Assembly: GCA_951406725.2 (NCBI GenBank)
Contig: OX597815.1
Coordinates: 74,400,001 to 74,464,000 of the forward strand
Reading direction: 5' to 3'
Origin: Octopus vulgaris
Taxonomy: Eukaryota
DNA: 64,000 nucleotides
The notes below the pieces were generated by a model that saw only the letters and a list, made by a program, of their open reading frames with translations, did no database searches and was not told the origin of the DNA. The position numbers and the translations under genes were made by a program. Each line of letters starts with the position of its first letter. Position 1 is the first letter of the stretch. Shown one piece after another: positions 13,101 through 28,176 of the stretch.

Positions 13101-15779
13101 TTTACTACTGTACTGTTAGTAGTATTTCTGGTTATGATAAACAGAGTAATCATATTTTCTCATATAAAATGTATGTATGTGTACATACTCTCTGTCTCTC
13201 TCTCTCTCTCTCTCTATTCTTCTGGTTTTCAGTACAGTGTAGGAAAATGAATATTTTTGCTGAATGAAATCTTTGTACATTCCAAAGTGGAGAGTCAATG
13301 CCTCAGACTGGACACTTTGCACCATCCTATTTTGTTGTCTCATGATTCTGAGTTCAACTTTCACTGTCTCAACTTAATCCTGTCATCTCATGGTTGAGTA
13401 GAAAGTGGCAGGGATAGCGTCTAGAATCAATTTATTCCAACAAAATTATTAAAATGTGAAATTTTCCATATGCCTAGCCACAAATGAAGCAAGGAAAACC
13501 AGGGGAGGTCACTCTTCCCTTAAAGAGTAGCCTTTAAACTGGATACTGACTTGTTGGCTAATTTTCATTTTAAATTGAGATAGACAGGCATAGGGAGACA
13601 TTTATATAAAGATGTACTCAATTCTAGTTACTTACAGAAATTGAGACAACTGATATAAAGTCACCAGACCATTTGGTTATTGACTGGTAATAATATTCAG
13701 GTACATCTGCTGAAATGTTAGTTGTCTTCTTTCTTAATACACTTGATTTGGCTCTTGGCAGAAGAGTTTAGATGTAGCAGATTTTTATACAAAGTGACTC
13801 CTCCATAGGATATTACATCCAGGAGTGAGGAGAAGAGACTGGCTGCTTCAGTGGCCCTTTGCTTTGTTGTTGCTATTGCCGCCGTCCAATGTTTTGAGAC
13901 TGTTTGTTGAGTGGTCAAGTATCAGATCAATCTGAATGAAGTTATGTACAATAATAATAATAATGTAAATACAGATGGAAACAACAGATTGAACAGAATA
14001 ATAAATATACATCCACTTTCATTGTCTTTGTTTTTCTTCCAAGTTAAAATCTTGGCTACTTACATGTGTTTCTTTAAAAAAATTTTTTTTGTTACTGCTT
14101 GCATGGTTACTACAACTGGATGCCCTTCCTAATACTTTACAGGGTGTGCTGGTTGCTTTTACAACACAGATTTATGTATAACAATGTGTTTAGACGACTA
14201 CTACACTTGGCAGAATATAATATAATTTTGAAAGGTACAAAGAACATTGTAATTCCTCTCTTTCAGTCTGGATTCCATTAAGAGGTACTCTCTGATTACA
14301 AAGGCTCAAGTAATTAACTAGTTATTACTGTTTCATCAGATATAAATGTTTAGTTGATTAGTTATAGCTGTTGTGAGGTTAGTGCTAGCGACTCTTAATG
14401 TGACCAGTACCTGAATATAAGGTCACTGTGTAGCTTGCAAGACAAAAGGTACCCTTTCAGCTCAGCAGGATTACAGTAGAGATTTATGTATGACAATGTG
14501 TTTGGATGATTACTACACTTGGCAGAGTACACACCATCTTATATCCATATTTCAGTGAAGTCTATCAAACATGTACATTTAACATTCTAGACATGTACAC
14601 AAATGGATCCTTGGTTTATAGTAAGTGAATTTGACTCAATTCTGAAAATTAAATGTTTTTAATGGATATGTGGCATGGCTATATAATCAAGATGATCACT
14701 TTCCAGCCATGTGGTTGGCACTTTAGGTCACACAGTGGGACTCAATTTGAGTCTTCTACTATGCTCTCAGTTTGACCTATGCTCTGTGAATGGATTTGAT
14801 AGATGGAAAGTAGAAGAAATCCAAAAACGTGGTCAAAGTTTTGGTTGGAAAGATGGATAATTTTGTAGCTGACAGAGGGTTCTGGTTGGATATCCCTGGA
14901 CAGCTTCCAGCAGACTGATATTGTAGACAAGGTGGGGTGTGCCAGACTGGAGATGCAAACTGTTAAAGTGGACTTAGATTCTTGAAGAATCTAAGTATTG
15001 CAGTGTTTGTGATTGAAGGATAGTAGAATTCTAAAACCTTGAAATTTTGTCTCTCAGTAGAACTTGTTCTAGTTTACTTCATTTTTTTTTTTTAGAAGTA
15101 CTTTTGCTTTCTACATTGATGCGAGAGTGTTGTGTTGTGTTTAATAGGTAGAAGCTGTCACCTGAGTGGTTGTTGCAGTTGGTTTGGTGAGCTATGTGTT
15201 GGTCATTTAGGATGTAAAGTGCCAGTTCAGTGGTAGAAAAACTTCAAAATGGTTTTAGAAAACTTCATGCATGAACCAACTGAGGGATTTTCAACATGGT
15301 CACTCAATTTTTTAGAAATACCAGTAAAATCTCTCTCAAATTACAGCTTCACTGTCTCAAGTATGGAGTGATTCATTGAATAATATTGTCTTCAATATTC
15401 TTAAAAAGGTGTGCTGGTCATGGCTAGAATATTTTTGATTACTGGTTTGCTTAACCAAGATTTATTTAAAGCAGCATGATAACAATCATGTTCAAATCTA
15501 GGACAAATATGAAGGATACCATAGTCACATCCCTGTCATATGTTGTTTGAAAGTTTTATTCATATAATATGCTCCAAATTGATACATTGGCTGGAGCAAA
15601 GATGTTTTGTTTTGGGAATATATTCTACTATCACATTATCAGAAAAGTCATCTAAGTTCTCTGGGTGGCTCAGTATTGTCTAAAAGGAGCAGTGCTTTTT
15701 TGGAAATAGTATGTCTGGCACTGTACCTTCCAACTGCAGGATTAAAAAAAAAAAGTTTGTAAACCCCTTTTTGAAAAGA

Positions 15780-16530
15780 CTCTTAGTTATCCATTAAACT
15801 TTGTGTAACCCTTGAAAGCCTTTTGATTTCAGAGTGATACACGTGTTGGGGATTTAATTTCATACTGCCACTAGCATTTCCTCCCAAAAGAAGTGTCAGA
15901 CAATTTTTGGAAGCTTCAAGTCCTGGTGTTGATTTTACTTCTTGAGGAATAAAAGTTCTAGCAGGCATATGTTTCCAGAAAAGTGCAGCTTCATCAACAT
16001 TGGGGACTTGCTCTGCTGTGTAGTCTACTTCAACTGCCCAGCATAATTACTAACAGTCTCTGTATCAGCACTTTCAGTTTCAACCGTCCCTTTTAGGTTG
16101 TGCAAATTCATGAACATATTAAAGCTTTCAAACCAGCCTTTACAGGGCTTTTCATTACATGTTTCATCTTCCTTTTTCAGCAAATCATGTAAACTTTTGG
16201 CTCCTTTTTTAAATTTCTACCATTGTGTTTATCAGTACATTATGCCAATTCTGATCCTTGATCCATCACTCATGAGTCTTTCTGTTTTAAGTGTTACATT
16301 AAATCTATGGAAAAATAAAGTCTAGGCAGTTAGCAGAGTAGCTTCTTGAACACTTGACAATTTTCTCTCTCTTGTCACATATTGTTCCCACTGTTGATGT
16401 TGCAAGAATTAATGTTTTGGTATTATTCGTCCCTCATCAAGTGTTTTTAAAACATCCAGTTTAATATCAGCATAATCGACTTTAGAGTTCCTTTTCACAC
16501 TTAATCCTGTCATCTCATAGCTCCTTTCCA
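15780..16530 (-). mobile_element. Decayed Tigger/pogo (CENP-B-like) transposase fragment
   Basis: NVDEAALFWKHMPARTFIPQEVKSTPGLEASKNCLTLLLGGNASG and upstream KGWFESF are typical pogo/Tigger DDE and HTH motifs; frameshifted. Confidence 0.85.
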
Positions 16531-19500
16531 GGCATCGTAGATTGAAGGCAAATGCAACAGCAGCACTGATTAATTATCCACAACAAATCTATCATAAAAA
16601 CACAAATAGCCCAGGAAAGACTGATCTACGAGAGCAAAAAATTGTCTTATTCCTATTGATGCAACAATGAAAGTAAGATGCAAAAATGAAGGACTGAGGA
16701 AGAGAAAGTACAAACACAAGTTAGTGGGTTGATAGTGGTGATTATGTGGGTTGCATTGAATTAGATGTTAGTGATGGTGGTTGGGTAATGTTGGTGTTGT
16801 GGTGGTCATATTGTTCTTGCTTACTGTATTCTTGTGGCTGTTTAGTTTGAAATCAATCCTTATAGACCTAAGATTAAAGAAATTTTATTCAACTTCTAAA
16901 ATACATGAGGACATCACATTGTTTTTATTTGAAATGGATTGGCTTATCTACTTCATATTATATATTACTGTTGCTGTTTGTGTTGACGACAGAAATGCCA
17001 CATACACACACTATATATATATACTAACATTATGTACATAATATATGTGTGTAACGTGTTGATAGTTTTTCAAATCGTTAACTATATACTTTGATTTTAA
17101 CTAAAATGCAAGTAGCCATTGAGCTACAAAGAAAGTGTAGTTTTAAATTGTTAACAACTTAAAACTATGTAATATGAGTTTCGATAACAACGTAATTACA
17201 GACCATATCCTGAAATTAATGGTCGTACTTTACAATTTCCTTTAGCTTGAAATCCTGTAACCTGAGATAGCTGTAACACGGGGGATGCCTGTAATTTGAA
17301 CCAGAGTAATGTGAAGCTTGAAAAAACAAAAAAACAAAACCCACTATGGGAAGCACTGATGACTTCCAATGGTAGACAAAGTGTTAAATGTTTTAAGCAG
17401 GTGTATTTTGCCTGCCAATCACAACATACTAGATATCAAATTGTGTGGTTTGGCAGATGTCTGCATTTGCTTAGAAACAAGAACAATTGGAAATAATAGA
17501 ATGAAAGGTAAGTTCTTTTATTATTTAAGTGTAAACAACTTGCATAGTTGATCAAACTTAAAAAAAAAACAAAACAAAACAAAACAAAAAAAACGTGAAT
17601 GTCAAGGTAGATTGTTTCGTTTTTGATATAATTACAAAGATACCCTCAGTTCCTTCATGCAGACAAGACTTGAAAGTCATATTTTTAAACATCTCTTTTG
17701 GATAAAAGTATACATTTAATCGAATTTAGTAACATCACAATTGTCTTACATCTGAAGATTAATAGCAAAAATCTGTGAGGGAAAGTGGAAACATGGTTTA
17801 TTTTTTAAAAATAAAATTCAGTAACTAAAATCACCATATTTGGACAATTAAATCCAGGAGAGTTTTAATTAGATACACGAAAAGATGATGATGATAATAA
17901 TAATAATAATGATTGCAATTATTTTTTTTCTAAAATTATATTTTATTTCTGTAACTGAAAGTGCAGAAATTAAATGGTTATATTGTAATATTTTGATTAC
18001 AGGATATATAATATTCTACAAAATATTAGCTTCAACTGAGGAACCTGGTCAGACCAAATTATATATATATATATGCACACACCCAAACCTGACAGACCAC
18101 ACACACTGAAACATGCGAATGCCTGTTTGAATGAAAATGTGTGTATTTTATTATTGAATATACACACCCGACTTCACCAACTGAAGAGAGAAAACACAGG
18201 CTATATTAGCTAAATCACAATGAAACTCATTAACATTTTTTTTTTTTTACATGATTGCAATAAAAGAACCTACATTAAAAGGGTGCAATTACTACAAAAC
18301 TGTTTGCGATGGACTGTCTCCTGTTGATTCTAGTTTGGCAGCATAAAAGCCAACTTCAACCTTCATTATCATTCTTTCCTCCATCGTTTAATATTTCTAA
18401 GATATACATAAATATTGTCTAAAAATAATAAATTAAACTCAAAATATATTTTTGGTGGTTGGCAATAATAAAAGTGAGATGTTGTAAAGTTTAGAAGTTT
18501 AACTGGAATACTTTCCACAAAGTGTTACTGAAATTGTGTTATTCAGTGATGGCTAGTTTAATAACAAACAATAATTTCATTGACAGTGAAAAGTTGGGGG
18601 GAAATTTAAAACAAAAATATAAAAAAAAAGTCAACAAAATCAAAATAAATATTAAATGCAACCATCATTAATGTATCTGTTACTGAAGAAAATTTGACAC
18701 AGCTTCAGAATATTATAGCATTCATGATAGATGACCTTTTACCTGTTCTGTTTAACACATATGTTATCAGTCTATACTAGGCGTGGGTAAACATTCTTGA
18801 GAAGTGAGCCACATAAGACATGGCCCATCAATAGGTAGGCCATATTACTAAAAAAAAAAAAAAAAAAATTCAAGGTAATTTTTTTTTATTGGGCATGCTG
18901 TTCAGAAAGTCCTGCAGGCTGCACTTTGCCTATGACGAGTCTATTATAGTTTTTTTGCCATCCTATTGCTTTTATTTAAGGGAAACAATTTCAGTAAAGA
19001 GTGGGAGGAGATGATAAAGGCCAGTGTCTCACAAATGCACTTCTAAGATATTGGTGGTGATGGTTGTTGAATGAAGCTTGATTTGCTTGAGTGGGATTAA
19101 ATATTCTTGTCTTAAAGAGCAAGCCGATGTCTTAGCATTTAGGACAAAGAGAAAGAGAGATAGAAAAAAAATGCAAAAGTTACAAAACAAAATGTTTTTT
19201 GATCATTGAATTCATTTTAATTGCCAAGAGTAATTATGAAACAAAATAAATAACACACACAAATAAGATATAAGCAATAATATATGAAGACAATGGAACA
19301 TCTTGGAGTAGTGAAAGCAGAAAAGAGGGGGGGTTGAGAGATTCTTTTTGAAGCTGGTAGAAAAATAGAAGATAACTTGTTAAATTGAAAAGAAAACCTT
19401 CATTTAAGAAAGTTGACTTCAGGTTTTCTTTCAATTAACAATAATTTCATCAAACTGGAGTATTTTGGGTAACAGAGTTAGATTTCAGTAATTAATTCCA

Positions 19501-22379
19501 TGTTATAAATAAACATGAAAAAATATTGTAAACTGACTTGAGTTTAAGTGAATAATGAATAATAATTCTAACATCACTTGGCAGGTTTTCTGAGAATAGA
19601 CAGGTTTATAACTTGCTGGGTGACTGCATTAGTGATTTAACACTACTCAGTGTTTGTCAACAGACAAGTGTTTAAGTAATAAGGTGAGTAGCCAAAATTT
19701 TCTTCCAAATCAAAATTATGTAAAACAAAGAAATATATTGCTTTTAGAAAAAGAAGGAAATCAGTCTTAAAAAATATTGCAGATGCTGTGACTAACACAT
19801 CTATTATTATCATTTGAATTGTCAGATAAATTTATTAGTGTTTTTACTCCCCAGCACTCCATCATCATCTGCATGAAAAGAGATATTTATTCAATTTCAA
19901 AAGCGATAAAAGTTGTAGAGGAAGAATGAAAAAAAAAATAGTGTTAATTCTAATAATATTGGAAAGGATTAAACAAATGAATTTATCTGATAACTCAATA
20001 TCTACTGTATAGAAAATATTTTGACTCCTGTGTATGTATATAGATTAATAACTACATACAACCTTCCTAATCTGTTAATTTAAAGGAAAAAAACCAAACC
20101 TTTTACTTCATATTGTAGCTTAAAGATATTTGATTAATCTAGAATCCATTCATTCTTAGATTTTTAGAAATAGTTTCTATTGCAGAGAATAAGCAACTGC
20201 ATTTTTTAGTTTGATTCTGTTTAAGGTAATTTATTTTGAATAGATGATTTACATTTTACTGGAAGGAAATATGGTAATACTATAAAATTCTGTTATATAC
20301 ATATATAATCTGTTGGTGGGTAAGATTCAGAGAAGCACTCTTATATGAATAGAATACAGTAGTCTATATACAGTTTCATCCCAGGTCGAGCTTTCACAAT
20401 GCTTTCTAAATTCAAATCTCATCAAAATTATCTTTGCTTTCCATCCTTTCATGGTTGATAAAAATGCCAGTCATGTATTGGGGAAATATGTGTGTATGGC
20501 AGTGTCAGCCTACTCAGTTACTTATTTCCTAAATTTGTGGTTTTTATCTCAGATAGTATCATTATTTTGAAGTCACTTGTTGAAAAACTGCAGTTTTAAT
20601 TATTTTCCAGGCTAGAATGGGCTAGATGAATACACATCAATGCATTGTTTTATTTTACATGTTTTTAGGTGATGTTGGTTTCTAGAATGCTGCTGTTCTG
20701 TCATTTTACATACTTATTATTATGTGAGATAGTTCTACAACTGGAGCCTTTCCTGTTTTTCAAGAAAGATATCTCTTATTCTACATGTCTCTGAAAGTTC
20801 GGTAGAAACCCAGAAGAAAATTTGTTTAAAGGAAAATTACAACAAATGTCACTGCATATAGCTTAACAGTTTTTCAGAATGTACATACTTACACACATAT
20901 GTAGGCATGTATAGATATATGTATATGATGGTCTTTCTACAGTTCTCATCTACCAAATTCCCTCACAAAAGATTGGTCAGCCTAAAGCTACAGTAGACAC
21001 TTGCACAAAGTACCACACAGTGGAACTGAAACTGAAATTACATGGTTGAAGAGCAAACTTCTTAACCACACTGTGTCTGTAATAGAAACGACTTCAAATA
21101 GAATTATCTAAAGCTATTAAAATTACTTAAAAAAAAAAGTAACTTTATTTAGAGACAGGACCAATTTCTTCAAGGAAAGACATAAAACTGATATAAATAG
21201 CCTTGATGTTATACTGGACTAAATCACTCAAGAAGGATGAAGTGTAAAGTTGAGGTTTAAGAGCACTAGAAGACAGAACTGTAATGCAGCTAACAAGAAA
21301 CTATAAGGTCTCGTTCTTTATCTTATGTACTGCTGCATCAACTCCAACAGCTTAAATATTAATGGTACCAAGACACAAATTAAGACTTACTTGAATCAAG
21401 GCCAGTGTAAACCTGAATGGGATGACTGGGTGTAGTTTTGGCACAACTGCATTGGTGATAGACCATTTGGCACTGAAGGTAGACACAGAGAGAGAGGAGA
21501 AGGAGGGGAGAAACGAGATATATCAAATATCGAGTTACTTCCCTTTATATGATACAAACGTGCTTCGACAGATTATTATTGCTGGTAAAGGAAAAAGTTC
21601 ATCATCATCATCACTTAACGTCTATGTTGATATAGGGTGGATGGTCAGACAGAATAAGACGGATTCAAACACTGCATTGTGCTCCGATATCTGCCTTGAC
21701 ATGGTTTCTACAGAGCCAGATGCTGAATCTAATGCTAACTACTTTGCAACATGTAATTAGGTGCTTTATTTTTTTTATACATAAGCACAGCACTAGTGAG
21801 GTCACCATGACATTTGCAAGATTAAGATCTCCTTTGACTAACTGAGGCTACACTAGAAGAGAGGGAGGTGACTTTTTTTTTTTGCAAGAGGATAAGGGGT
21901 TAAAGGGTGAGAAAATGAGCTAGAAAAGAACTTGTTTCTTGCTGTAGAAAAGCTATATGACTACTCACATTACTGATGAAAGTGTGTCCAGGGTGAAGCT
22001 AGGAAGGAAAAAAATATCCAAAATTGTAATTCTATTTAGTTTTCCATGTAGTATTTATAAGCATCCTTATATTTCTCTACTTTCTGCTGTGCTTGAAGTT
22101 CAACTAAATATAACCAATTATGAAGAATAGACAACAAAATTGTTTCAACACCAGAATGTCCTACATCAAGCAAGTTTTGTACAAAATCAGTGGCATAGGA
22201 ATGTCCCTAACTAGAGTTTGACTGCTATTTTATTGACACCAGTAGGATCCAATCCAAGACTGCAAAGGGACAATAAATATAGCATGAAGTATTCAATCTG
22301 ATACTTCATCTCTTCTGCCACAACACATTTTAATAAATAAATGATAACAATAATCTGTTTAATTTTGATGTTTATCAAT

Positions 22380-23816
22380 ATCACCAACCCTAGAATTTGA
22401 GGGATACTTTATTTTAATGGCTCTGAAGGAGTGAAAGTCAACATTGACTTCAGTGGGATTTGAATTCAGAAAGTAAAGAACAGGACAGCTCATCACATTT
22501 TAATAATAATGATGACAATAATCCTTTCTACTGTAGGCATAAGGCCTGAAACTTTGGTGGGATGGGGTAAGTTGATTACATTGACCCCAGGGCCCAGATA
22601 GTTTATTTTATCAACCCTGAAAGGATAAAAAGATATGTTGACCTTGGTGAAATCTGAACAAAGAATGTAAACTGAGAAGAAATGCCAGGAAGCATTTTGT
22701 CTAACACAAAAGTCAAAACAAGCAGCAACAAAATTTGAACTCAGGACGTAAAGAGCTGGAAAAAATACTGCAAGGTATTTCTTGGAATGCTCTAACTTCT
22801 CTTACATAATGATGTAGATACTAACTGTCAAGAATAAAAATTAGTTAAATATTAATTAAGTTTTCAAACATGTGAAGGGATAAAACCTATACATCACTTT
22901 ATAAACTTTTTTGTAAATGTCAAAAACAGAAAAAAGCATCATGCCTAATGGCAAAATTAATAGTTAAAAAAATTATAATTCCCTTTTCATTATTTAGTAT
23001 TTTTCTTGGTTTATTTTATTTTATTTAAAAGAAAAAATACATTTTTATATCATTAATTCTGTAAAAGTGAAATACTATTTATAGAAGTAGCGCTAATGAC
23101 ATATAAATTAAACTTTACGATACGAAATGGAAGCTAAATATTGTCTTTGGCATATTAATTAAATCACCATTCCTGATAAAGCTCACTTTTTCTTCTTGTT
23201 CTTTACACACACACACACACACATATACACATGCGTGTATATGTTATTTTTTTAGTTCATGCAACATTTATTGTATCTCCTGTCACAAAAGGTTTTATTT
23301 TTAAACAATCTTTTTGAAAGAAACAATAAAACTGAGTTAGTGGAGAAGTGATGATTTAAGTGTATTCTCAGAGCATAACAAGGAACCAAAGAGATTATGT
23401 TAGTTCTATATCTGGGTGATATAAAGGATAATGATAGACTCCAGACAAAACTTCAAGATGGAATACCAAAGAAAAACTAATGAAGGGCTGTTAATAGTTT
23501 TGATTCTTGCTGCAAATAATGTAGTGCAGCAAGCAACACAAACAAATAAAAGAAAGCAAATGAAAGATTGTGGGGTAAAATAAAAAGAGAAAAATCTAAT
23601 AGAACTGGATGTTTGTGGATATTCAAATAATTTCTGTTGTTAATTTTCAATCTAATATTTCAGGAATTAATTTATGTCAAATAAATAAAAGAAAGAATTT
23701 TAAAATAAATTAATAAGACATATTTAAATAACAATGCTGTTAGCTGGCGTTTTTCTTGTCTTCAATAAACATGGAACTTTTATCAATAAGTTTCATTTAT
23801 CCATTGATGGCATTAC

Positions 23817-23873
<57 letters not shown>

Positions 23874-25250
23874 ATCCAAAGTGAAGAAAGATTGTTAAGA
23901 ATATCATAGTGGAGAAGACAACTGCAAGGTCAATCCAACAGTTTAAAATAATAATAGTGGTGGTTTAAAATTTTGGTACAAGGCCAGTAGCTTTAGAGGC
24001 AGGAATAGCTCAAATACATTGCCACCTGCCTCCTACCCTTCTCCTGTGCTCAACTGGTACTTACTTTATCAACCTTGAAAGGATAAATGACAAAGTTGAC
24101 TTCAGCAGGATTTGAACTCAGAATGTAAAGAACCAGAAGAAATGTCACAACATTTTGTCTGGCATGCTAACTATTCTGCCTGCACACTGCCTTAATATTA
24201 ATAATCCTTTCTACTAAAAGTGAAGGCCTGAAATTTTGTGGAGAGAAGGGCTAGTTGATTATATCAACCCTAGTGTTCATCTGGTATTTATTTTATCAAC
24301 ACTGAAAGGATGAAAGGTAAAGTTGACCATGGTGGAATTTGAACTCAGAATGTAAAACCAAAAGAAATGCTGCCAAGCATTTTGCCCAATGTGCTAACTA
24401 CTCTACCAGCTGGCAGCAATAATAATAAGCCTTTCTGCTTGAAATTTTATGGGAGCAGGCTAATTGATTAGATCAACCCCACTGTGCAACCGTTACCTAT
24501 TTCATCGACTCAAAAGGAGGAAAGGCAAAATTAACCTTGATGAAATTTGCACTCAAAATGTAAAGATGGACAAAATTGCCCCATTCTTAATAACAACAGT
24601 AATATAGGAAATAGGACACATCTTCCCTTATCTTGTATCTGTCAAGAGTAATTGGGTAATATGTTTGTAACAAAACATCTGATACGCACTTTCTTCAGAC
24701 AAAGAGAAGGAAATGGGTAAGAGAAAAATATGAAAAAATAAAAAAAGAAAGAAAGAGGGTTTATAGTAATAAGAGCTGATCAGCGTACAGCATAATGAAA
24801 ATAAAAAAGGCTTGTTTTGCTTTGATTGTAAGTAGGTTTAAATTACTATTGACTCAAATAGTATTTTTTTTTTTGTTGCATTCTATTTTTCTCTTTTATT
24901 GCATTACTCTCCACTGGCAAGGCTCAACGGAGATTACATGATGGTTTCATTAATATTGGCTTCTCTCTTTCTTCTCATCCTTCAGTGACATTCAGCAATG
25001 CAAATGGTGCAGAAAAGAGGGATGAAAGGGGAGGTAATAAAGTTAATAGGAAGTGAGGAGAAATACGATAGCTTTCAATGGCACAAGACCCGAAATTTGT
25101 AAAAAGTGGGTATTACAGTTAAATGGATTGACTTAAAATATATAATTACTGGTATGTATTTCATTGAATTAAACTACGGGGGTAAAGGGATAAAACTAAA
25201 CACCTCAACGCATTTAGTCTAGCACTCTACTGCTTCTGTTACTCCACTGC

Positions 25251-25289
<39 letters not shown>

Positions 25290-25760
25290 CCTTTCTAATA
25301 TAAGCACAAGGTCTTAATTTTTGGGAGTGGGAGTGGGCTAGTCGATTATATCAACCCCAGTGCTCAACTGGTATTTATTTCATCGACCCTGAAAGAATGA
25401 AAGGCAAAGTCAACCTTGGTGGAATTTGAACTCAGAAGTTAAAGCTGGAAGAAATGCTGCTAAGCATTTTGTCCAGCAGGCTAATGATTCTGCCAGCTTG
25501 CTGTCTTAATAATAATAATAATAATAATAATAACAGTTTCTCTGATTTAGGCACAAGGCCTGCAATTTTGAGGGGACCTGAGTTTAGTCAATTCTGTTGA
25601 CCCCAGTATTTGGCTGGTACTTTATTTTATTAACCCTGGAAGGATGAAAGGCAAAGTTAACCTTGATAGAATTTGAACTTAGAATGTAAAGACGAACAAA
25701 ATGCTGCTGAGCATTTCGTCTGTCATGCTAACATTTCTGCCAGCTCACTGTCTTAATAAT
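22380..25760 (-). mobile_element. Three clusters of the ~220-bp (ATT)n-tailed tRNA-like SINE, family D
   Basis: Repeated unit ...aaggcctgaaatttt...gaaaggatgaaaggcaaagt...tttgaactcagaatgtaaag... separated by (AAT)n, at ~22380-22800, ~23960-24590 and ~25290-25760. Confidence 0.8.
23254..23648. repeat. ~390-bp segment duplicated at 28177-28557
   Basis: Direct comparison shows long identical runs (aaaaggttttatttttaaacaatc...gtgtattctcaga) and few indels. Confidence 0.85.
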
Positions 25761-26355
25761 AATAATAATGATGATAATAGTAATAATAATATTTTGAGTA
25801 AAATCATTGTAAGAACAAGTGATGTTAGCTGTTATGTGTTCATCTACCTGCATAAGTGTGTGTGTATGTATGTGTGTGTGTGTATATGTGGTGAGAGAAG
25901 GAAAGAGAGAGAAATATGTATGTAAAAAAAAAAGAGAAAGAAAAAAACAGGAGCAGGTGTTATGTGCTTGTTATGTACATGTGTGTGCATGAAGACAAAT
26001 TTTTTTTTGTCTTAGAAAGGTAACTGTCATTACATTTGAATGTATGTACACGTGTGTGCATAAAGATAGAAATTTTCTTATTGTCTTAGAATGTGACTAT
26101 TATCACGTCAGGATGTTATTCTATGCAAGCACATTTTGGGTTGTGGATGTGTAGGTGTGCTTAGCAGAAGAAGAAGTCTTAACACACACACACAGAAAGT
26201 ATTTTCTTCACCTACCCCTCCCCCCCTCTCACCAAAATTGGTACATTTTAGATGGCTGTTCTGAATTCTGTTAGATAAAAAAAAAAAAAAGATATGAAGC
26301 CTCAACCTGGTACGACTATTATAGCCATCATCCAGCAATATATTATATATATATA

Positions 26356-26405
<50 letters not shown>

Positions 26406-26548
26406 TACATATATATATATATGCACATGCATATATATATATATGCACATGCATATATATATATATATATTATAAAGAATGTCTGTGCCTCATGTCTTCA
26501 GCTATCAGGATACAGCGGTAGTTACAGATAGAGGCCAGTTGCTTTTTC

Positions 26549-26703
26549 TCATAGAGCAAACAGTGGACTGTCATCATCGTCTTTCTGCAACTGGCGTCGA
26601 GGGTTGACAATGGGTGGCTGTGATGTAGAACCAGCAGTACTTGCAGAAATTGTTGGTAAATTATCAGCAGCAGCTGCCCGCTCTTGAAGGAATTTGTCAA
26701 ACT
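26549..26703 (-). CDS. TOM1L2: TOM1/TOM1L2-like last coding exon (EFDKFLQERAAAADNLP...DDSPLFAL*)
   Basis: cttgcAG acceptor, phase 1, TGA stop. FDKFLxERA and the terminal LFAL are TOM1/TOM1L2 signatures. Confidence 0.95.
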
Positions 26704-28176
26704 CTGCAAGACAGACAAAGTACATATTGATATATATATATTTATACAATATACTCAATTCAAGCATTTCTTACAATCCAAAATAGGCAAAAAAGACGGG
26801 CTAGTGACACATTAAGGCTATGTCAGGGAAGAAGTCGAAAAATAAGTCTCTACATCACCAAACAAATTTGAGTTGAAATAAACTGAGAGAGACAGCCATC
26901 CATTTTTGTATAAAATATTCACATACATCACCCTTTTATTTATCTGAATTCATGCTTTTGGTCTATTTCAGTTTTGATCTTTAATTATGCAAATTATAGT
27001 GGCAAAAAATTATTAGTAGCTCTTTCTCTTTATGTTACAATCTTTATCAGCTGATCAAAGCAGGCTAGAGTAGATTCGGTTATGCCTATGAAGTCTAATA
27101 TCTGAAACTTGTGCACAATTGTCTCTTGTTTGCAAACAAAGATCAGACTCCTCTGTCACTATCAAGCATGTAAATCAACTTAGATTTATTCTTAATGTCA
27201 TGACATTATCTCCCTTTTTCTTTGGAGGAGTGCTAACAATTGAAGCTAGAATTTTGCCTTTTTCGCCAACCCATTTTTTTTTTTTAAGTCTTTTAGTCAG
27301 GAGGAAAAGTGGTATATATAAGACCTTCAAGACTAGTGGAATGCAGGAAGACTAGTGTTCCAAAACCAGCTATATGATTTGAATACTTTCAACAAAGTAG
27401 ACTCTACTAAAAACACCCAAGATTAAGTTTCCTCCATCCAGATTAAAGTCTAGAGGGAAATTTCACTCATGATATTTATGCACAAGTTGTCCAGCACATC
27501 ACACTTTTAACTTAATAATCATTCTAGATTAGTTTTTTTGATTTTGGTTTGCAAGATTCTTGATGTAAATTGATGTGTATTGAAATACAGGAGGGTCATT
27601 ATGCTAATAATAAGCAACACATACCTATTATATTTCACTTATATTACTAGTAATTTATTTAATATTTAACCAGTTAATTAGAGACAGGAGTAGAGAGAAA
27701 ATGCCATTGATGAGATTGCAAATGGTGATGAAAGGATATTGACAAACCTAGCTGATTGATTGACTAACAATCAAACAATCAATTAGTTAGACTATTAACC
27801 ACAGTGTACGTGTTTATTACTGGTATAAAAACCTACCTAAAATACAATAATATTATAGATAATCTTGTAGAGAAATGATAAAAGAAAAAATATCATGATG
27901 AAATTATATTGTAGAAAAAGTAGATTGGTTGTGTGAGGTACAATTGATTACATGGTAATAAACTCTAAATGTGTTATAGTCCTTGTGTTTTGTCTCAATA
28001 CTACATATGCTATTCTCTTCATTTCAGACTGAATGGGAAAAAGTGCCATTTCAGCCATTGCAATGATCGATTTAAAAAAAGAAAAAAAAAGGAAAAAAAA
28101 CTGAGTCATTCTTGGGAATAACAGTTATATATAAGGCCTCTATTAGTCAGTGTTGGCTCTGTATCTGCACATATTA

